A DNA stretch of 64,000 nt. Source: an uncultured Clostridia bacterium (GTDB lineage Bacteria; Bacillota; Clostridia; Christensenellales; CAG-138). The position numbers were made by a program, and so were the translations under genes. Under the pieces are notes generated by a model. The model saw only the letters and a program-made list of their open reading frames with translations. It was not told the origin of the DNA and ran no database searches. Each line of letters begins with the position of its first letter. Position 1 is the first letter of the stretch. The stretch covers positions 1,866 through 65,865 of the forward strand of contig CAMOGJ010000007.1 of the NCBI GenBank assembly GCA_946614035.1. The letters run 5' to 3'. Shown in pieces: positions 63,811-64,000 of this stretch.

Positions 63811-64000
63811 AACAGCATCCCGTTTCCGACGCGCATGCGCGCTATCTTCGATCGCTCCGCCGCGATGCGCATTGCATCCGCCTCTCCCAGATCGGCATTC
63901 TGCTTGCCGTTCTGCTCATTTGGGAAGTCGGCGCGGACCTCAACTGGTTCGATCCGTTTATCCTCTCCTCCCCCTCGCGCGTGTTCGCCACCGTCGCGCG
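63807..64000 (+). CDS. ABC transporter permease (NitT/TauT family), 3'-partial
   Basis: ATGA overlap; ...QIGILLAVLLIWEVGADLNWFDPFILSSPSRV is a typical N-terminus. Confidence 0.75.
   Translation, partial: MKQHPVSDAHARYLRSLRRDAHCIRLSQIGILLAVLLIWEVGADLNWFDPFILSSPSRVFATVA

Overview
Gene-dense, high-GC (roughly 60%, visual estimate) core chromosomal segment of an anaerobic Firmicute (Clostridia; Christensenellales-like by inference). It carries about 62 CDSs, one tRNA-Arg(ACG) and a SAM-I riboswitch (metK). I found no integrase, transposase, phage or CRISPR signal. Recognisable loci are ddl-murF, metK, trpS, dgt-dnaG-rpoD, glgP, mreC-mreD-pbp2, a MoxR/DUF58/transglutaminase triad, PadR-DUF1700-DUF4097 and ApbE-Gx-NusG-II. 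There is also a 10-gene electron-bifurcating [FeFe]-hydrogenase operon with an embedded putative H2-sensing kinase/phosphatase cassette. The best candidate for an undescribed system is a tightly coupled operon, tctC-tctB-tctA-aroA-aroC-(chorismate mutase::shikimate kinase). It joins a tripartite tricarboxylate transporter to only the post-shikimate steps of the pathway, which suggests shikimate import and salvage. Other notable observations: a duplicated cassette of a membrane-anchored phosphodiester glycosidase plus a small 2-TM partner (one copy beside GT2-GtrA and LCP), three apparently leaderless transcripts including both NlpC/P60 hydrolases, an 11-bp-phased TACAA repeat upstream of a tandem-domain lipoprotein/DUF6034 pair, an unannotated 55-aa membrane protein where mreB usually sits, and strong apparent enrichment of CGATCG. 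Family assignments come from motif recognition only; no database searches were run.
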